A stretch of DNA of 64,000 nucleotides, taken from NCBI GenBank assembly GCA_030141605.1, contig JAQGDQ010000992.1, forward strand, positions 1 through 64,000, in the 5' to 3' direction. Below the pieces are notes generated by a model, which ran no database searches, was not told the origin of the DNA, and saw nothing but the letters and a program-made list of their open reading frames with translations. Below, in pieces: positions 34,703 through 48,100 of this stretch. Both the position numbers and the translations under genes were made by a program. The first letter of the stretch is position 1, and each line of letters begins with the position of its first letter. The stretch is from Tubiluchus corallicola (Eukaryota > Animalia > Priapulida).

Positions 34703-36651
34703 CAAGCAATTACGAATCAGTTACGAAAAGGTGCAATTGTTCATTGGATTCCAATTTTCGATCACATTAGAATGAAAGGCAGTGGCTCGATTGTTTAAAT
34801 TTCATTTTAATTTTTATTTATCGCGTAACGTTACAAAATAGCAAAAGTACGTAAGTAAAAAAGTAGATACATAGTTGAAAAATTAAAACTTTAGGGAAAA
34901 AACTGGCAAAGGAGAGTGCGCATGTCCAAACAATCGTCACTCCCTTATTTGTTCATAACATTGAATTAACTGCAAGTTGCAAAATGACCAAAAATGGACC
35001 AACTTGTCAAGAAATGGTCGGAACCCATTTATCGTCTTATTGGTGCGTGCGACCAAAATTATTTTGTCATAACCTACATAGAACTCGATAACCCGCCAGA
35101 TTGTTGCGTAATTACTGTGTAATTATTTTCTGTTGATTTTTCCTTTAACGGTGATTTTGAAAACTAGTCATAAACAAGTTTGAAACGTGTTTGATGTTTT
35201 TTACCTGTAAATCGAGTGTTGATAATGACAATGCTGGACTATAAGCCGCCTCATTGTTAACTACTGTGTAAAATAAATGACCTATATTAGATACTGGTTC
35301 AATGTTATACAGTAAAATGACAGTTATTCTGTCAGTGTTGTCGATTGGTGTATTTTCCATCCAACTAACAATAGAAAAGCATAACAGCTATTATACAGCT
35401 AATATTTTACCCTCTGGGTATGTTATAGCTATAGTATTTGGAAGCGTTTTTCACTAGAAGAGAGATTTTTATAGACCACTTTAATTCTAATTTTACATCA
35501 AATTTGCGATATAGACAAGCATATTAGCCATTGATTTTGTTTCCCTACACGTAAAATCTTACACATTTAGCAATTGTTTAAGAGCTTGGATTTATCGATA
35601 AGACAGTACCTAATCTAAATTAGACATACTTTCAAGATTTTTTGTACATATATACGTCATGCTTGTATATGATTTATAACCAGTATACAAATCACTTGGA
35701 CGTCCTTGGTATGTATCTTAGGCCCAGAACTTTGCTTTCTATTATATAAGAAAACTTTGCTATTCTTTATTTCCAAACAATCCAATTAGTTTATGAAAAT
35801 GATGACGAAGACGCTTGCAATATAATGTCTCGCTGTAATAATTAATTTTTGTATTATAGTGTAAATCTTTTAATTGTAAATAATTTCCCAAATCATTATG
35901 CTATTTATTGTAACAAATAAAAATTTTTGTTTCAATACAAATTTTCTATTTTTCGATAAGAAACCTTTGTTTCCATCTCAAATAAAACTATTTAGAAATT
36001 TATAACACTACGCACGCGGTATAAGATTGTTTATAATTCAGGTCATAATATATGCAAGCTTCGGGTTTAAGTTCAAGGTTTCTAAGACTTGCCAATATAA
36101 TAAGGCCGTAATGTAACGAATAGTAAGACTTGCCAATATAATAAGGCCGTAATGTAACGAATAGTAAAAATAAACCAACTGACTTATCTTCGTTATACTA
36201 AGAACAAACATAACTTGACATGTTTGATAAAAGACCTATAAAAACACGCACGTACATAAATTTTCTAGATAATGCAAGTTATAACAGTATAGGTTTGTAG
36301 TGATGCTTAATTAAAAAGATTATACTTATCCGTAGCCCAGTTTTCTAGTTTAGTTGTGGAACGCGACTGGCGTATATAATTTGCATGCTATTGTAGTACA
36401 TCTGTTCACCTGCTTTTCCTATGTACTACGTCACAGTATGAATTGATTTGATACCATTGTAATAATTATTATACCATGCCAGCCGCGTCAATACTAACAC
36501 ACGCGTCGCTGGTTTTCCCTCACTGGAACGCTCACCTTGGAGACTTTCAAGACCAATTGACTGCAGAAAATATATTCAAGGATATTGAGCTATGGAAAAT
36601 AGGATATATTGCAACGTTGTCTTTCGTTGTTGTTGCATTGAAATGAATAAT

Positions 36652-36653
<2 letters not shown>

Positions 36654-36715
<62 letters not shown>

Positions 36716-37075
36716 AAGAAAGAATGAGAGAAAGAGAGAGAAGAAGAGAGAGAACAAAGCGACAAAGCGAAAGAAATAGAAAGAGAGAGAGAAATAAAGA
36801 AAGTGATAGACAGAGAGAAAGAGAAAGAAGAATGAGAGAAAAGAGAAAGAACAAAGCGAAAGAAATAGAAAGAGAGAGAGAGAGAAAGAAAAAGACAGAG
36901 AGCAAGAGAAAAGAGAGAGGGCGAAAGAAAGAGAAAGAAAGAAAGTGAGAGACAGAGAGAAAAAATAATGAGAGAAAGAGAGAGAGAGAAAGAAAGGGAG
37001 ACAGAACAAAGTGAAAGAAATAGAAAGAGAGAGAGAAAGAGAAAAGAAAGAGAGTGCGAGAGAGATAGAAAGAGA

Positions 37076-37131
<56 letters not shown>
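36654..37131. repeat. (GA)n and purine-rich tract
   Basis: Direct inspection. Confidence 0.95.
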
Positions 37132-37134
<3 letters not shown>

Positions 37135-40100
37135 ATCAAACATCATTTATCTTCACTGCAATCTCGCAATGTTGCGAACATGCAAAGGTATTTCAGCTGC
37201 ATTCGAATGCCTATCGTAAACGCACTTTTTTCAACGTGATAAATATAGTAGGGGATACCATGGCAGATGAACCCGCAACGAAACAGTTGCAGACCAGGCT
37301 TAGTACTACTTAACTTCAATTGCTAAGCTTACACGCAGCTATACAACCTATCACCATTGCCACACGTATTTATGCATTCTAACAATGTGGCCTCTCAGTT
37401 AAACTTGCACTTAAGAAAAGAGACCACTTTTCATTGTTGATATTGAAACTGGATACAGAAACAACAGAAAAATCTCTAACTTTTTTTCTTTTATGGTTTC
37501 ATCATGTTTAACAATATTTTACGATTCTAATTTTGTTACTAACAGCAGATTTCTCCAAAACTAGTGTTGGTCGACCAAGTGTTTCACTTAGGTTTAATGT
37601 AAGCCTCATAGAGAAAATTGCTTGATGTCTTAACTCCTTCAGGACTGTACCGTCAAAAATATGTCATAACACCCATCACTTTTCTGCTACCGTATGAGCA
37701 CAGACAAACAAAATGATTACAAATTAGGTACTGTTCTATTCAGGAAAACGTAGGGCTATCCAATCATGTTATTTACTTTAAGCATTTGTAAGTGATTTAA
37801 TTAGGTCAAATAAAAAAAAATCGCCCGTTTCAGGCATTGCAACTTAGTCTATTGAGTAGCTTAGTCTGGTGTACACGTGCGTGATCGTACACACTATTTT
37901 ATTGATCGCCTACTTGGCTACGCCCAATGAGAGTGCCTGTTGTACATAGTTCCAGGAAAAACCAACTGATCAGGGAAAGAGAAATTAAGGTCGTTTCCTC
38001 TTTTAATAGGAATTTCTCCTTTTAAAAATAGAATAGACTTGAGGCCAAGTGTATCAGGATTTTTTGTCTGGATAGTTGAAATTTTCTGCATTAGCAGGTT
38101 TCACACAAGTGATACTGTACATTGTTACATGGCAAACGCTGCAGTTATTGAAATTTTTTTCAATTTTTCCTCTAAGATCTATTTTCATTTTGTCTAAAAT
38201 AAGCCAACGCATTTCATATATAATCTTGCATGAAAATCCATTGTTTGAGGAGTAGAAACCTAGAAAAATTATCAACTATAACATAATTGCTGCTTAATGA
38301 GAGCTGTTTTCATAAACACATGCAAAATGCAGCTTATTGTCTTGAAGGAGCAAGCTAGTATCACCATTGCAATGTTGAGAGTAAATTGTCTCAGCTATGT
38401 GAATACCAGAAATACATTCTGGTAACTTCTATTGCAGCTAGTTATAACAATGTGCTTTGTGAAAGCGAGCAAATAGCTTGGTTTGATTGGCTACTAATAT
38501 TGTCCAGGACTTGCAAGCGATCGAGTCAAAATTGTCAATGGCTTGTTATTCTAATTTTTGTACTTGTGTGGGATCTGTAAAATTGTAGCAACGCATCAAC
38601 GCGGCGATTACGTCTTTCTTCTCACCGGCTGGCAATATAGACTGGCCGCTGGTCAAGAGTCCCACAAAATCAGAGGTTGTGCACCTGTGGGAGTGTGCAA
38701 TCTGAAAGCCGTGTTTGTGAGACCGTGCTAGAACAGAGGAAATGAGTAAAAAATTTAACGATTTGGACTTTTCCCATTTAAAAAAATTTTGACAACTGCA
38801 ATAACATCTCCGTGTGTAAATGTACTCACATGATTTCAGACTTGTACTGATAAATGTTATTGAAAATATTGTTATCGATGTAGAAATAATCATCACAGCT
38901 GCCCTTTGCTTCGTCCGCTGGTCGTTTTTAGACGACTTTTTGTGCAATTCGTTGTAATGATTTATTTACTGTGTTACTAAAATTACTAACACTTCTACTA
39001 GCTTAAAAAGCCAAATTACGTTTTAATTAGAACAGCCATAAACCAGAACTTATCATATTACTAACTACGTCAGTTTCTGGCTGACCCTCCCTGCAAATGG
39101 AGGGTTTTGTATTACTTTAAATTGAAAATAGGGAGATTTAATAAAATGAAATCTGGTTGACAATGGCTAGAATCTGGTAAAAACGTTTTTGGTTTAGATA
39201 TCTCGGTTTTTACAAAATGGCGTTCTAATGCTCGCCTGCTGTTCCAAGTGCAACAAGATCTCGTCGACAGTTGACTTCAAGACCAAAACAGTAATAATCA
39301 ATCAATGTGTTTTAGTATTTACAAGAGCACGGTCATTGGGCAGAGGTATTGAAACTTGCATTAGAAAGCGGAATATTTATTGATGCGTGAATTAGCCATA
39401 CGACTAGTCGTTACTTGTGCATTAAGGGTGCATTAGACCACGGAGAAAACAAATTAAGAACGCAAGTTGCAAATACAGGAGAGAAGGATCGCCATGTTAC
39501 TCAGACTGTGTGCTTGGCTTACTCAGTTAAACAACGCTAAGCTCGGTCAGTAATGCTGCCCTTAGTAATTCCTTTATAATAGGAAGATATACACGATTCT
39601 AACACTGCTAAGGCACACTTCCCGGCTCAGTGTCTCAGTTTAAAAATATTTTTAATGATTAGGTGGATTCCGGTCCTGTTACAGCTCTGTAGTTAAAGGA
39701 AGACAGGGCGATTTTTCATATACAACTTCATTTCCAACTTTGATAAAAAGTGTTCATTTTAACACAGTTAATACTGCAAAGGAGTTTCTGTTAATTAAAT
39801 AGCAGATTAAAATCTTAATTAACAGCGGGCGAGCCAACTATTATTGACATCACAAACTAACATAATTTTCAACAGGAAAACTACTGCAGGTTTCACGTGT
39901 TTCCGAAAGCGAAAATTGAAGTGCAGTGCTACTGTAAGATATTCGGTGTGTTGTACTAAAAATAGACAAGTTTTAAGATAAAAATTCAAATTTACCGCTG
40001 TGCTCACGCATGAGCTGTCGAACGTGTGTAGTTCGTCACAAACTAACACATCGTACAGCACCTGTTTTTTGTGCAATGCAAATTCAGGCGCTAGTGCCCG

Positions 40101-40624
40101 TCTAACTAATGTGACGAAATTTATATAACAGTGAAGAACTAGCGGCCCGAACACGAAATTGTGTTTGTGTGGGAATAATTCTTTCACGTGAGACATTTTT
40201 GAAAAAATAGTATGTTTCCTTTCAGTATTTTAAACAGTAGATTGTTTTGTTTTGACTTACAGCTTATGATTGGGTCCGGTTTTGCTGTATTCCTGTTACA
40301 GATTAATACATACATACACTCATAAATGGTAGCCCCACGCATCGCTTTAAATTAGTTTATTGCTCACGTATCTGAGTAGGATTACAATGTTCGCTTATTA
40401 TAGTGCAAAATTAGACCAATATTTTATAACCTTGCATTCTGCAATGTAATATATAACGTAGCTGATTCACCTTTAAACTAAAAGTGATAAAATGTATGCG
40501 CACGAGTGTCAAAATATTTTTTACTGGCTTACATTGAGCAAACATGCAAGATGATAACGTTTGGTATTAAACAGAAAGTAAACTAACAGAAAAGTATGCG
40601 GGCTAGTTGGGCTTGTAAAGAGTT

Positions 40625-41303
40625 GCAGGGCGTCACTACACCGAGTGAAGATAACCGCTATTGTAGGGCGTCACTACACCGAGTGAAGACAACCGCTATT
40701 GTAGGGCGTCACTACACCGAGTGAAGATAACCGCTACTGCAGGGCGTCACTACACCGAATGAAGACAACCGCTATTGCAGGGCGTCACTACACCGAGTGA
40801 AGACAACCGCTATTGTAGGGCGTCACTACACCAAGTGAAGACGACCGCTATTGCAGGGCGTCACTATATCGAGTGAAGATAACCGCTATTGCAGGGCGTC
40901 ACTACATCGAGTGAAGATAACCGCTATTGCAGGGCGTCACCACACCGAATGAAGACAACCGCTATTGCAGGGCGTCACTAGGCCGAGTGAAGACAACCGC
41001 TATTGCAGGGCGTCACTACACCGAGTGAAGACAACCGCTATTGCAGGGCGTCACTACACCGAGTGAAAACAACCGCTATTGTAGGGCGTCACTACACCAA
41101 GTGAAGACAACCGCTATTGCAGGGCGTCACTATATCGAGTGAAGATAACCGCTATTGCAGGGCGTCACTACATCGAGTGAAGATAACCGCTATTGCAGGG
41201 CGTCACCACACCGAGTGAAGACAACCGCTATTGCAGGGCGTCACAACACCGAGTGAAGACAATCGCTATTGCAGGGCGTCACTACACCGAGTGAGGACAA
41301 CCC
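40625..41303. repeat. 38-bp minisatellite, ~18 copies
   Basis: Unit gcagggcgtcactacaccgagtgaagacaaccgctatt; no spacers. Confidence 0.95.
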
Positions 41304-41509
41304 TAAATTCTGACTCCCTAAACGTACTGTAATGTTATTAGAGTGTTAAAGTTTGCCGCATGGTAGCTATAAAGGGGACCTTATTAAGACGCTATGAAAT
41401 GTGAAATAAAGAATGAAGAAGAAGTTGAAAGAAGGGGAGAATAAAGAAGAACTATGTTGCAGTTGGTAGAAAGAAAGAAGTAAAAAGAAAAAAGAAAATA
41501 AGAAAACAA

Positions 41510-41745
41510 TGACCGTATTCAGATTAGCTGTAACTGATTTTTGACAAGAAGCCATCAGTGGATGCGACTGATACGAATTAACAACCAAGTAAATTATTCA
41601 CTATTAGACATTTCAGAAATATTTGACGTTTCAAAGATTTTTTAAAAATATTTACAGATTTGCTGCTTTTAATGTTCGCGGGAATATTGTTCCATTGTAA
41701 TGAGGCTGTGAATTTGAGAAAATGTTTACCAAGATTCGTTCTACA
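41510..41745 (-). mobile_element. 5'-truncated LINE (CR1/L2-group) ORF2 C-terminus and 3'UTR
   Basis: RTNLGKHFLKFTASLQWNNIPANIKSSKSVNIFKKSLK is the typical ORF2 tail of CR1/L2-type elements. Confidence 0.75.
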
Positions 41746-42805
41746 ATAGGGTATAGGGTAAAATAGGGTATAAGATACAATAGGGTAAAGGGTAAAATAG
41801 GGTATAAGATACAATAGGGTATAGGGTAAAATAGGGTAAAATGTTTGAATTATTGCGCTTGAATAAGCAATACTGCATTATTGAAAGTAGTTGGAAATAA
41901 ACCGAAAACTGTGTTTGCAAATATATGTAGAGAGGTTAAATGAAACTAGATCCTCTAAAATTAAAGTATTATTATTTCAAAATTGGATTTATTTACAATT
42001 GTAATTGGTCATTACAGTCGCCGGCCGATTAGCCGCAAAGAAAATTAAAAATGAAATCAGTGAAGTACTTATGAAACACCCTGTATTTCGTAGAGGTATT
42101 AAAACTTTCATTGCATTTGTTGCATAGAAATTTAATGATTAAAATACACATCTATAATGAAATAAAACACTAATACGTGATGTTGTCTGATACGTATGTT
42201 TGCTTTACGAATTTAAGTCTCTTTATGCCTTCATATTGAATCAGAGTTATAACCGATGCATAAACATGGTCAACAACTTCCTCGTAATATCGCATGTAAT
42301 AACGTTTCGCGAGCAAAAAATTCATTTCTATAAGTTCATAGTTCGAGAAAATGCATTTTAATTAATTTTTTTCATTACATGGAACATGGAAGTAGAACTT
42401 GCAAATGACAAGATTATAATGATTACGTCAGTGCCAGAACAGTGACAGTTTCATTGCTTGTTTACTGATAAGCCGCGTAATTTGCACGCATATTGAAAGA
42501 TGGTAGGCCTAATCTAGGTGTACATGGTAGGCCTAATCTAGGCGTACATGTGTTTAACACAAGCTGAATGTGCAAAGGGCACTAAAAGTTTGTTAACATG
42601 CGCTGAACCTGCGACTGAGTTAAAGCTTGATTCACACGTATCTGGTAACACGAACGGCAATTCAGCATGAAACATGTTAACTTTAAAACCTATACAGACA
42701 CATGCGCAAATAAATGAGTGACATAAATGAACAAAATACTGAGGAACAAACAAGTAAACAAATGACGAATAAACAAACAAATAAATGAGCGAATGAAGAT
42801 ATATT

Positions 42806-43453
42806 ATATTATGTTATGTTGTGTTGTGTTGTGTTGTGTTGTGTTGTGTTGTGTTGTACTGTACTGTACTGTACTGTACTGTATTGTATTGTACTGTACT
42901 GTACTGTACTGTACTGTACTGTACTGTACTGTACTGTACTGTACTGTACTGTACTGTACTGTACTGTATTGTATTGTATTGTACTGTACTGTACTGTACT
43001 GTACTGTACTGTACTGTACTGTACTGTACTGTACTGTACTGTACTGTACTGTACTGTACTGTACTGTACTGTACTGTACTGTACTGTACTGTACTGTACT
43101 GTACTGTACTGTACTGTACTGTACTGTACTGTACTGTACTGTACTGTATTGTATTGTATTGTATTGTATTGTATTGTATTGTATTGTATTGTATTGTATT
43201 GTATTGTATTGTATTGTATTGTATTGTATTGCATTGCATTGTATTGCATTGCATTGCATTTTATTATATTGCATTGTATTGTATTATGTTATGTTATGTT
43301 ATGTTATGTTATGTTATGTTATGTTATGTTATGTTATGTTATGTTATGTTATGTTATGTTATGTTATGTTATGTTATGTTATGTTATGTCGTATCATATC
43401 ATATCATATCATATCATATCATATCATATCATATCATATCATACCATATCATA
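42806..43453. repeat. Compound pentanucleotide microsatellite
   Basis: (GTGTT)(GTACT)(GTATT)(GCATT)(ATGTT)(ATATC) blocks in one 5-bp register. Confidence 0.95.
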
Positions 43454-43921
43454 TTAGTAAATTAGTGAATAAATATCGGATGAATAATGAATATGAAAAT
43501 CAAATCATTCACTTCATTTAAGTTGCATAGAATGTTTATTATCCATAGCTGCATTAACAATACATGTACATTTTTGTGAACTCACTTTTTTTCCATACAA
43601 GTTACTGAGTTTTTATATTTTTATGATGGCTACGAAATTACGGTTAATCACCAGGAAAAGTTGCCGTTGCCATTTAACAACCAGTGTGAAATTAGCCTAA
43701 CTCTCTTTTAGGAGGCTGTGCAATGGTCAGTGCCTTGTCAACGGTTGCTTAGGAAGCATAGGAACGTACAATTATTCTCAAATGGTGAGTAAACACGAGA
43801 CGTACGTATTTGTACCGCAAGAATATAAAGTCTAATTAATAATTCAGCGCATAAACAATAATTATGAAAATTGACCTGAAATCGATGCTATTCATGGTTA
43901 CGCCTTACACGAACGACGGAA

Positions 43922-45123
43922 ACCAGTGCCAGTGTTCTCTATAGAGGAGACCAGTGCCAGTGTTCACTATAGAGGAGACCACTGCCAGTGTTCACCATAG
44001 AGAAGACCAGTACCAGTGTTCACCATAGAGAAGACCAGTACCAGTGTTCACCATAGAGGAGACCAGTGCCAGTGTTCACCATAGAGGAGACCAGTGCCAG
44101 TGTTCACTATAGAGGAGACCAGTGCCAGTGTTCACCACAGAGGAGACCAGTGCCAGTGTTCACCACAGAGGAGACCAGTGCCAGTGTTCACCATAGAGAA
44201 GACCAGTACCAGTGTTCACCATAGAGAAGACCAGTACCAGTGTTCACCATAGAGGAGACCAGTGCCAGTGTTCACTATAGAGGAGACCAATGCCAGTGTT
44301 TACCATAGAGGAGACCAGTGCCAGTGTTCACCATAGAGGAGACCAGTGCCAGTGTTCACCATAGAGGAGACCAGTGCCAGTGTTCACCACAGAGGAGACC
44401 AGTGCCAGTGTTCACCATAGATGAGACCAGTGCCAGTGTTCACCATAGATGAGACCACTGCCAGTGTTCACTATAGAGGAGACCAGTGCCAGTGTTCACC
44501 ATAAAGGAGACCAGTGCCAGTGTTCACCATAGAGGAGACCAGTGCCAGTGTTCATCATAGAGGAGACCAGTGCCAGTGTTCACCACAGAGGAGACCAGTG
44601 CCAGTGTTCACCATAGATGAGACCAGTGCCAGTGTTCACCATAGAGGAGATCACTGCCAGTGTTCACCATAGATGAGACCAGTGCCAGTGTTCACCATAG
44701 ATGAGACCAGTGCCAGTGTTCACCATAGATGAGACCACTGCCAGTGTTCACTATAGAGGAGACCAGTGCCAGTGTTCATCATAGAGGAGACCAGTGCCAG
44801 TGTTCACCACAGAGGAGACCAGTGCCAGTGTTCATCATAGAGGAGACCAGTGCCAGTGTTCACCACAGAGGTGGCCAGTGCCAGTGTTCACCATAGATGA
44901 GACCAGTGCCAGTGTTCACCATAGATGAGACCACTGCCAGTGTTCACTATAGAGGAGACCAGTGCCAGTGTTCACCATAGAGGAGACCAGTGCCAGTGTT
45001 TACCATAGAGGAGACCAGTGCCAGTGTTCACCATAGAGGAGACCAGTGCCAGTGTTCACCATAGAGGAGACCAGTGCCAGTGTTCACCATAGATGAGACC
45101 ACTGCCAGTGTTCACTATAGAGG
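43922..45123. repeat. 28-bp minisatellite, ~43 copies
   Basis: Unit ccagtgccagtgttcaccatagaggaga. Confidence 0.95.
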
Positions 45124-48100
45124 ATATAAACCAAGATTAATAAAGTCACTAGAAGAAGAAGAATGGGCATTGAAAATTGGAGCGCCCAATACATGAAGTG
45201 ATCGCGTCTTTAAACTGATTTTACTAATTAAACGAGGTGCTTATTGCAGTTTTATTACTAAACTCATCTAGCATTTTGAACATCGCGAACACTGAAATAA
45301 GCTTAACCTCCTGGAAGACTTGTCCTTTCCTTTAAGATATATTTGCAGTTGTAGACTCACGTCTGTGTTCGTTTCCCCGCCCTAGAATTTCAAAAGCACT
45401 TGGGAAATACTGACCTCAGGGTAGAAAATGCTCATCCTTCCTTATTGTATAGCGTAGGCTTATATGCCTAGCAACCAACAAAGTGCCACTTGAAAAGAAG
45501 ACATCTAATTTTACTAGCTATAATATAAAGACGTCTTTATTTACGTGGAATTAGCTGTAGAGATTTAAGTAGAGTGATTTTCACATACAGTAGCCAATAG
45601 ACGAGGGTCGACGGACAAATCCGACTAATTACCGGAAAATGTCGGATTGCCGACGATACGGAATTCCTCGCTCCATCGTCAGGTGTACACCGTTACATTT
45701 CCTGCTCCGTCTGGTAACTATGGAAAGTTTTACATGTAATAATCTTGACAGAGCCTCCAAAAGAAATTTTGCATGGCGGTACAAGACACCCTTTGGGGTT
45801 CCGAGGCAGGCAAAGATTTTTCTTAAAATTGAGGATTTGATGTCCAGTAAATCTGCATGTAAATTCTCATAAATACTTAATTTCCATGATGTATGCAGCA
45901 ACAGAAATCAGTATTTACGGTTACATTCACCAATCACCTTTAAAGTTTTCTGTTATAGTGAAATGCTTTTTAAACCCCGTTTATAATAATTTATTTCTAA
46001 GGAAGCTACTTCTTTTAAGAAAACCAAAAACCAAATTTAATATTTAACTATAGAGTGCTAATTAAAATATGCTAGAGTACTAATAAAAAGAAGTAAGTAT
46101 AGTGATGTTCGAGTAATGTAAGTGCATGTCGAGCTGAGGGTAGTAGAAAGTGCTTGCTCTCGACGAGGGAGGGGTTTTGCGTAGTGGCTGTGGAGCCCTC
46201 TTGGCCCCGGAACAAAGTGCCGGCTGGACCCCCATCTCACAAGTTTCTATCAGTTTCTTATATTGTGACGTTACAATAAAGTTAATTCGTATGCTAATTT
46301 TTTACGAGAAAAGGGATGTCGTCATCGGTAAGTAGCGTTTTAAATGATACGTACTGCCTGTTGGGCAGAAAAAACGAAATAAGCGAGCAACACAGAGCTT
46401 TGCAATTTGGATTAGTTGTTATCGTCTATTAATATACTTAAATTAATTTTGTTAAAAAACAAACAGCCTTGGGTCAATTTTCTTCTAATTCAGGGCAGTA
46501 AAGCATATACGTGTTAGATTTTCTGTAGTCTTGTCATCTGGGCCGTGGCAGGTGTCAGAATCTCGTGAGAATGTGAATTGGTTGTAACGCTAGTGTACCA
46601 TGAGAACGAAGTGTTCAGTTCGCTTAACGTTAACCCAGCAACGTAGAATACCTTGCGCCATCTATTATCATTTGTAGCAACAAACTGTCGAAAAAAAACA
46701 ATTACTTGAATAGGGCGCCTTGAAATTGAACGCATTAAGCGACGGTTAAGTCATATTACAAAAGCAATTAATCACAGATTATCAAAATTTTATTTGACAA
46801 CAAAATACGTAGAAATCGCTTTTTCCGTTGCGGGATCGTCGTGTACCGTACGACACGGCGGACCAGACGCATAATGTTGACGGTATCTCACGAGAGATGA
46901 CGCCTCAGACGGGGTGTCTGCCATCATCTGCTACGGAAATTTGTTCGTTTCTAGGCTTTTTCTGGATCATTGCTGTGTTAACAGTTTATGTCTTGAGGAC
47001 AGGTTTCTTTTGTTTTAGAATACTGCTGCAATTGCAAACAATTGATAATTGTCAAGAAATTGTATACGAAATCCTAGACAGTGCGTAATTTGAAGCAACA
47101 ACACTTGTGTTGGTCTCCATTTCAGGTAACACTATGAATGCCAGAGTAAAGCTGTGTAACTTCATGGAATCCACCACTGTAGTATGTATCTAATTCCGTT
47201 CCTTTTTGTGAAAGACAAGTGAGAACAAACCTTTAGCTGAATGTAAAACTGCGATATGCTACATAGATACCCAATATTCTAACAAGTTTAGTTTAACTTT
47301 AAGTTACTGTACTGTACGATGCCACATACGCAGGTACAAATATTCAAACTACCAAACAAAATAGGTTTGCTAAATAATCATTTTTTGCTTATTTATTTTT
47401 TAACCCAAACAATATGACAGGTGTTGCTGAACCTCATTTGATACTGTCAAATAGATTTTAATTGAGACGTCATCAGTATAATATCAAAATGGAGATATTA
47501 CTAGGGCTGTTAAATTTTACTATCAAAGTAGCTGTCAAAATTTTGTCATGAAATAGAATTTTATAAGAAAAACAAGTTTACAGAGACAAAAGTAGTAAAA
47601 ACAAGCTACACATACATGTAATGCAATTTCAGATACCAGGAGATGCTTGAAGCTAGTGAGAAGTTATCTTGTACAAGTGTAATTTGAATTCCAATAACAT
47701 CGGAGGTTTAATTTATCAAAATTTTGTAGTTAACACTAAAACACAGTCAACATGACCATGTTAACATCTTATTGTTGAGGTTTCAGCCACAACAAACTGA
47801 AGCATTTACTGGTATCATACAAAAAGCATTCACATTTTCAAATTCTAGTGCAACGCATAGTTACAAAGTTAAAAATATGAGTTTGCCAATTATTCAAAAA
47901 CCATGAGAGTTCCTACATTTATTAGACTAAGGGAAAGAATGCCACTAACCTTCTAATGTGCTTCTTGCAACAGAAGCTTCTGACCAAACAGTACTCACCA
48001 TGAAAGATGTGTCACACGAATCAGCAGTCCACAACACACAAACCAGTGACAATCATTATATTACTGTGGTGTTCATTGTTTACTATTGTGTGTTAGACTA

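Noticed and set aside
40625-41303. CRISPR array (also considered for 43922-45123)
   Set aside because: Head-to-tail units without unique spacers, no cas genes, eukaryotic context.
42793-43521. 242-aa VLYCT-repeat protein
   Set aside because: Pentanucleotide microsatellite open in all frames.
45629-45901. 90-aa minus-strand ORF ending at a donor-like site (also 38546-38947 and 39819-40196)
   Set aside because: No recognisable domain or partner exons.
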